Shown here: in pieces, positions 25,722 through 30,203 of the stretch
Position numbering within the stretch: position 1 is the first letter of the stretch
How the letters are laid out: the number at the start of each line of letters is the position of its first letter
Source of the DNA: a virus
Taxonomy: Duplodnaviria > Caudoviricetes
IMG/VR virus record: IMGVR_UViG_3300029171_000035
Coordinates: 1 to 30,203 of that record
DNA length: 30,203 nt
Reading direction: 5' to 3' (one strand)
Made by a program: the position numbers and the translations under genes
Notes under the pieces: generated by a model
Seen by the model: only the letters and a program-made list of their open reading frames with translations
Databases searched by the model: none
Told to the model about the DNA's origin: nothing

Positions 25722-26476
25722 GCTGTTTTGAGGGTTTTTAGATGTTCCGTTGCCTTCCGCCATGTCGGGCTCATGTGCGATCCCATCCGCTTAGGTTGTG
25801 ACTCAACATATTCGCGCCATCCCTTCAACTCATCACCAGAAAGAAGTTGCGACAAACACGCGCCGCAATGTTCGCACATCCGCTTAGTAATCTCTGCGTT
25901 CTTTTCGTTATCGAATAAATCTGCCAGCCTATTTGTCCTGAGTCCCAACTTCAAAACACCGTCCAGCATCCCACCAACCGCACAGGGCATGTATCCTTGT
26001 GAGTCTACGGAAATCCCGCAAACCTCCGAACCATGCTGCCAGCACTTATACCGTTCAATCCCATAGTCAGCCGGGGAAATGTAATAATCATCCCAAGGGA
26101 AATCTATCCGCGATTTGGCTTTGAAGGTCTCCTCAGGTATTGAGGCGTTGTAACACTTGCGAAGATAGTCTACCATTTCGCGGTCCCGTCCGTTAGTCCA
26201 TACTTGAACTAACCCCTGTTCCCCAACAAAGCGGCGGGCAAGCATGACAATCCCTTCAAGGTCAGGGTGTAACGTAGGCTCACCTCCGATAATGATAATA
26301 TCAGGGCGGTAGGAAAGTTCATTGCATTGACGGAAAAACTCTGCTACGTCCTCCACCGTCATATCTGGAGTATGAGGGACGGGAATTTGTGAAAAGCGGT
26401 TGCACCCAACGCATTGAAGATTGCACTTGTATGTGATGTGCAGCTCTGCCTTGCCAGAAGTGGGAGTATAATTCAA
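25718..26476 (-). CDS. radical SAM enzyme with C-terminal Twitch/SPASM-like cysteines
   Basis: CNLQCVGC (CxxxCxxC), GGEPTLHP, WTNG; C-terminal C-x7-C, GYMPC, CEHC. Confidence 0.9.
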   Translation of the reverse strand: MNYTPTSGKAELHITYKCNLQCVGCNRFSQIPVPHTPDMTVEDVAEFFRQCNELSYRPDIIIIGGEPTLHPDLEGIVMLARRFVGEQGLVQVWTNGRDREMVDYLRKCYNASIPEETFKAKSRIDFPWDDYYISPADYGIERYKCWQHGSEVCGISVDSQGYMPCAVGGMLDGVLKLGLRTNRLADLFDNEKNAEITKRMCEHCGACLSQLLSGDELKGWREYVESQPKRMGSHMSPTWRKATEHLKTLKTA

Positions 26477-27207
26477 ATCGGATAAAATTTAAAATGACAC
26501 TCATGCAAATCCCATTCAATAACCCGCCAACCGTAACCCCACTCCTTAAAAGTCCCAAGCATGTGCACCACGTGACATCGTTCACCTAGTCTATCTTTCC
26601 AAACTCCTTCATTGCGGTAGGACTCATACAAAAATTCCGGATGCACAGACATAAAGATAATCGGGCGCTTGGTCTTTAGTAAACTTTCAGCACCCTTTAT
26701 AACCTCAAATTCACTTCCTTCTACATCCATCGTGATAACGTCTGGATAGATTCCTGTTTCCTCGCAATATTGGTCGAGCGTGATTTGCGGAACGTCAGGG
26801 TAGTTCTCGTACAGTTGCTTGAAGCCGTGGTCTGGAATCATCGGCAGGTCTGATTTAAGCGAAGGGTCTACCTGGTGATGATAGCCTTCTGTCGTCTTGC
26901 TTGAAACAAACCCGCGAAAGAAGTCAAGCGGAGGCGGTAATAGGTTGGCGCGCCATATTTCACGGATACAAGGAATTACCCTGTCGTTTGGCTCAAAAAG
27001 CACCATTTTGGCCTTCGTGTACGCGGCAATCAAAGCTGTTATGTCTCCCTCCTCCACGCCCAAGTCAAAAACAATATCAGTCGGTTTGATCGTGTCCAGC
27101 ATTTCATTTATGCGCTCGACCTCCCAGCCTGTCTTCCATTGCTCGCGCGCGGCCCGGTGTTCGGGTAAAAACAAATGGTACTCCCCGTTGATTTCAGTCC
27201 ATTGCAT
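26473..27207 (-). CDS. FkbM-family SAM-dependent methyltransferase
   Basis: VFDLGVEEG (motif I), LFEPN, ITLDQY, ITMDVEGSEFEVIKGA, PIIFMSVH. Confidence 0.88.
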   Translation of the reverse strand: MQWTEINGEYHLFLPEHRAAREQWKTGWEVERINEMLDTIKPTDIVFDLGVEEGDITALIAAYTKAKMVLFEPNDRVIPCIREIWRANLLPPPLDFFRGFVSSKTTEGYHHQVDPSLKSDLPMIPDHGFKQLYENYPDVPQITLDQYCEETGIYPDVITMDVEGSEFEVIKGAESLLKTKRPIIFMSVHPEFLYESYRNEGVWKDRLGERCHVVHMLGTFKEWGYGWRVIEWDLHECHFKFYPI

Positions 27208-28042
27208 AAATCAGCAACTTGCGTTCAAGATTCGCTTTGTAAGTTCCCCACCACCCATTCCGAATTTCAGGCGTACTCATGTCCTCTAAAATTACCGGCA
27301 ATTCATCCCAATCATTCACGGTAAGAATAGGATTAGGCCCGATCACCTCAGACCAATAGTTGAAATCAGGATGATCGCGCGGCACTCGTCGGTCTGTTAC
27401 TGGGATAGCCCCGCACTCCATCGCCTCGTAGAACCTGAAAGAGTCCACGCACATAGACCCAGCCGGACAAACAACGTATTTCGACTGGCAACAAATGTCA
27501 AGGTATTCCTGGTATTCGATCCCGTTCTCCTGCCCACCAAAAGCCCACGCACGATGCAGGAAACCTTCGGCTAAATGTGGATGCGTTTCGGGAAGGTTCC
27601 GCATGATGTTTACCGCCTTGTCACGAAAGGGATTTTGCATCTGCCCCACGAACGACCAAAGGTATTTTTTCGGAAGGTGCGTATTAATCTTGAAATCCTT
27701 TATCCTGTTGGGTGGCCCTAGCAAAATGCGCTCTTTGATTTCATGCTTGTTAGGAGAATAGTAAGAAGTCCAAAGGTCAAGATGAGGGGGTATGGCAGCC
27801 TTCCAATCGAAATATGAATCTTCCTCGGAGGTGAGAATAACAAGCCCCTCGCCTAGTTTGTCGAGGTATTCACGTAATGGTTTAACCTCAGGCTTGCCAA
27901 CCACGATAACTATCGCGCGGTAGGGGTATATCAGTTCCTTTGAATTGTGCTGCTGGAACACTTGGGGGTGACGGTCGAAAACCGAGCAAAGCAGCCCCGA
28001 ATCCCAATTACCGCGCCCTTGGTCCCACCATATTACAGTCAT
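27194..28042 (-). CDS. exostosin-like (GT47-like) glycosyltransferase
   Basis: YLWSFVGQ, SKYVVCPAG...DSFRFYEAMECGAIPV. Confidence 0.8.
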   Translation of the reverse strand: MTVIWWDQGRGNWDSGLLCSVFDRHPQVFQQHNSKELIYPYRAIVIVVGKPEVKPLREYLDKLGEGLVILTSEEDSYFDWKAAIPPHLDLWTSYYSPNKHEIKERILLGPPNRIKDFKINTHLPKKYLWSFVGQMQNPFRDKAVNIMRNLPETHPHLAEGFLHRAWAFGGQENGIEYQEYLDICCQSKYVVCPAGSMCVDSFRFYEAMECGAIPVTDRRVPRDHPDFNYWSEVIGPNPILTVNDWDELPVILEDMSTPEIRNGWWGTYKANLERKLLIYAMD

Positions 28043-28962
28043 AGGCCCAAGGTGTTTAGCAGTTCGGTAAGGCGGTGGCGGTAGGTGTGCCTCTGTAATG
28101 TATCATCTAAATTCCTTTGGCGCCATGCTTCACGGTCACCGTCAACAAGGTAAAAATCTATCAACGCTTTCAGGTCACCCAAGTCGCCACGCTTGTAGGT
28201 CGTCATAAACGGGTACATTTCCTTAACCCCTTCGATGTCAGGGAAGATCATGAACCCACCGCGACCCGCAACCTCGAACAACCGATCAGAAAAGTACCAG
28301 GAATAGGTGAAATCCTTGCAAAGAGTATCCCCCACAACAATCTTACAGGAGGCATACAGGTCGTTAAGTTCGGGACCACGGACAGAAGTAAACCCCCCTC
28401 CGCCGTAGTGCCCGAACCGTTCCCCGTATTCCGCATGCAGAAACTCTATCAACTGCCCACGGAAGGGGTATTCTTTGTGATAGCCCTTTGAACCCGTAAA
28501 AACGATCTCATGCGGGTACTTGTCGGGGCGGGGGGTACCTAAAAAGCACTCCCCCTCATATACCCCGGCTGGCAAAAAATGACCTTTCGTCTGTGTGTTC
28601 GCGTTCAGCCAATCGGCCATAAGCCTGTCACAGGTGAAAAAATGCTCTATGCCCCAATATGGGTCTGTTTTAAGGTCTTTCTCGCGCTCCAGTCCCATCC
28701 ACAAGTCCAGGTGGTAGCCTACCGTTGGGATGCCCCTAGCCTTCAATTTTCGTAGTAAGTGATCAGCGTCACCGCCTAACCGCCATCCGTGAGTGTGAGT
28801 CCAGTAAAGCAGGTCGAACTCTGTTGATATAATGTCGGTAACTGACGGGGCTTCGGATTCCTGAAACGGGATAACCTCGTGTCCCATTTCCTCGAAGGTC
28901 TTCCGGTGGTAGTTCTCCGTGGAATACGGGGCGTTGAAGTTGCCTATGAAGCCGATCTTCAT
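28039..28962 (-). CDS. CgeB-like / Glyco_trans_1_2 GT-B glycosyltransferase
   Basis: Likely start ATG 28962 (MKIGFIGNF) in ATGA overlap; IVFTGS, LNDLYAS, YFSDRLFEVAGRGGF, RHTYRHRL. Confidence 0.85.
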   Translation of the reverse strand: MKIGFIGNFNAPYSTENYHRKTFEEMGHEVIPFQESEAPSVTDIISTEFDLLYWTHTHGWRLGGDADHLLRKLKARGIPTVGYHLDLWMGLEREKDLKTDPYWGIEHFFTCDRLMADWLNANTQTKGHFLPAGVYEGECFLGTPRPDKYPHEIVFTGSKGYHKEYPFRGQLIEFLHAEYGERFGHYGGGGFTSVRGPELNDLYASCKIVVGDTLCKDFTYSWYFSDRLFEVAGRGGFMIFPDIEGVKEMYPFMTTYKRGDLGDLKALIDFYLVDGDREAWRQRNLDDTLQRHTYRHRLTELLNTLGL

Positions 28963-29150
28963 GCAATCCTTTGGCAAAAGGCCAGATCATCTTCCTTGTG
29001 GACTGAAAACTTTTTGCCGTTCCTGAACCCGTAAGTATAGGCGGCAGACTTCACTTTAGCCATTTCAGAGGCCGGGAACTCGAAATATTCCAGCACACCC
29101 ATGCTCCCGAAATCGTAGTTTTTACGCGGATTTAGGGGCTTTTTGGCCAT
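28959..29150 (-). CDS. small basic putative DNA-binding protein, first gene of the minus-strand arm
   Basis: YDFGSMGV..YFEFP...VKSAAYTYG.RNGKKFSV...RIA pattern common in small phage proteins; start could be 29150 or 29168. Confidence 0.6.
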   Translation of the reverse strand: MAKKPLNPRKNYDFGSMGVLEYFEFPASEMAKVKSAAYTYGFRNGKKFSVHKEDDLAFCQRIA

Positions 29151-29176
29151 TTTCTTGGTATATTCCATATAGAGAA

Positions 29177-29207
29177 CAAACCTATGTAAAAAATATTTAT
29201 CAAACAA
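29177..29207 (-). promoter_or_regulatory. Bacteroidota-type promoter driving the glycosylation/virion arm
   Basis: Minus strand TTG-N20-TAGGTTTG in the AT-rich divergent intergenic region. Confidence 0.65.
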
Positions 29208-29291
29208 GTATTGACATTAATGTATAATATGTTACCTTGCCTATGTATTCAAACGGCCACCCGTCCGATACGGGGAACAAAAACTTATCGT

Positions 29292-29525
29292 ATGAAAAAC
29301 AAGAAAATTGCTGAAATCTCAGATGAGCGCGGAAACGGTGATGGCTGGTGGATTTACCTAAACAAAGCCTATGCTGACTTTGACAATGACCCATCTTGGC
29401 CAACGCGTCAAATCCACGAACAACGCAAAGCAGACGCTATGGATCGTGTCCGCCGCGCGCAATTAATTACGCCGGAGGACTTTAAAAAGTTTCCTCATTT
29501 GGCTGACCATCTTCCTGTTTCCTGA
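29292..29525 (+). CDS. hypothetical phage protein
   Basis: Likely start ATG 29292 (MKNKKIAEISDERGNGDGWWIYL); first gene of the divergent plus-strand block. Confidence 0.65.
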   Translation: MKNKKIAEISDERGNGDGWWIYLNKAYADFDNDPSWPTRQIHEQRKADAMDRVRRAQLITPEDFKKFPHLADHLPVS

Positions 29526-29539
29526 TAAGTTCAGGTCAA

Positions 29540-29588
29540 GCGGTCCGGTACGAGAAAAGTCGTATGCCGCAAGTGCAACCGGACTCGC
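29540..29588 (+). ncRNA. putative structured intergenic RNA (three-way junction)
   Basis: Outer stem GCG-GTCCGGT / ACCGGAC-T-CGC enclosing ACGA-GAAAAG-TCGT and TGC-CGCAAGT-GCA. Confidence 0.35.
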
Positions 29589-29606
29589 CAAGTAAAAACC
29601 AAGATT

Positions 29607-29810
29607 ATGTTTCTAAAGTCAGTCATACCAGTAGAGCACTTTAACGATCAGGTTAAATACGTACTAAGGAACAAAGCCCTTATGTATCGGGCTGAAAGGA
29701 TAAAGTCCCTTTTGGATGGCTACAAAAATGAGCATCTGTACTTCGCCAACAAGAGGGCAATCCTAAAGCAATTCCCTGAACTTAAGAACCTTGTAAAATT
29801 CAGAGCATAA
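29607..29810 (+). CDS. hypothetical basic protein
   Basis: 67-aa ORF with an A-rich leader. Confidence 0.6.
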   Translation: MFLKSVIPVEHFNDQVKYVLRNKALMYRAERIKSLLDGYKNEHLYFANKRAILKQFPELKNLVKFRA

Positions 29811-29822
29811 ACCCAAGTACCT

Positions 29823-30062
29823 ATGATACACTTCACAGGCTCATCAGACCCTCAAGACCCGACAGGTAAAGCAGGACCGGGGGGTTACATCAAATGCGAC
29901 TGTTGCAACCGTAAGATTTACCCCGGTTCAGTCGCTGGGATGATTGAACACGATAAGAACACGGGGATGAACGTCTGTGCGGAATGTAAACCTCAATGGG
30001 TAGTGGAAGAAGGTGACCCCGAACCTATCTGGGAAGAAATAAACGAACTAGACTACGATTAG
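29823..30062 (+). CDS. small zinc-finger protein
   Basis: CDCC...CAEC (two CxxC pairs), acidic tail. Confidence 0.65.
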   Translation: MIHFTGSSDPQDPTGKAGPGGYIKCDCCNRKIYPGSVAGMIEHDKNTGMNVCAECKPQWVVEEGDPEPIWEEINELDYD

Positions 30063-30064
30063 CA

Positions 30065-30203
30065 ATGAAAACCAAAATCCAAATCAAATCAGTTATCGGT
30101 TCCATTCTCTTTGAGTACGAAGCCGAAGACAACTCTATCAAAAAGACAGTTGAGAAAGCCGTTTCGAGCGGTGCCAACCTGAGCGGTGCCGACCTGCGCG
30201 GTG
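30065..30203 (+). CDS. pentapeptide-repeat protein, 3'-truncated by the window edge
   Basis: MKTKIQIKSVIGSILFEYEAEDNSIKKTVEKAVSSG-ANLSG-ADLRG; A[ND]LxG repeats begin at the window end. Confidence 0.8.
   Translation, partial: MKTKIQIKSVIGSILFEYEAEDNSIKKTVEKAVSSGANLSGADLRG

Noticed and set aside
2227-28491. Numerous plus-strand ORFs (60-155 aa) opposite the minus-strand arm, e.g. 9035..9466, 14595..15029, 18165..18632, 26897..27289
   Set aside because: They are antisense shadows of well-supported, tightly coupled minus-strand genes and have no recognisable motifs.
22566-28962. GT cluster as flanking host LPS/capsule locus (prophage boundary)
   Set aside because: It is bounded on both sides by phage-type genes, is overlap-coupled to a small phage gene, and lacks wzx/wzy, transport and sugar-synthesis genes.
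29211-29228. TTGACA and TATAAT hexamers (E. coli-type promoter)
   Set aside because: They are only 6 nt apart, not ~17, so they do not form a canonical sigma70 promoter.
29521-29562. Hammerhead-like words CTGATAAG...GAAA
   Set aside because: The core deviates from CUGAnGA, stems II and III cannot be formed properly, and TGATAA is simply a double stop codon.
1-30203. Alternative genetic code (stop-codon reassignment)
   Set aside because: Core genes are full length and densely packed under the standard code, with TAA, TGA and TAG all used as stops.

Overview
The window is a ~30 kb piece of a tailed dsDNA phage (Caudoviricetes, siphovirus-like). The host is probably a Bacteroidota bacterium, inferred from TTG-N18/20-TAnnTTTG promoter motifs, the lack of obvious Shine-Dalgarno sites and a Bacteroidota-phage-style tail/lysis module. 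One long, tightly coupled minus-strand arm (~29170 to 1588) starts with a small putative DNA-binding gene and an 8-gene glycan-modification cluster (six glycosyltransferase-like genes, an FkbM-type methyltransferase and a radical SAM enzyme). It continues with terS, terL, portal, prohead protease, HK97-fold major capsid, adaptor, a frameshifted tail-chaperone pair, a His-repeat fibre, neck/tail genes, tape measure, tail tube and two fibre/receptor-binding proteins. It ends in an unusually gene-rich membrane/lysis block. Small plus-strand 'early-type' hypothetical genes flank both ends. The most notable signal is the glycosylation cluster co-oriented with the virion genes, together with both the major capsid and the tail tube ending in a C-terminal serine. 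That suggests a virion glycosylation system with extra methyl and radical-SAM tailoring. Other items are a -1 frameshift site, a perfect 149-bp tandem duplication (probably an assembly artefact), structured intergenic RNAs and several small ORFs missed by the ORF track. All product calls come from motif recognition only; no database search was run.
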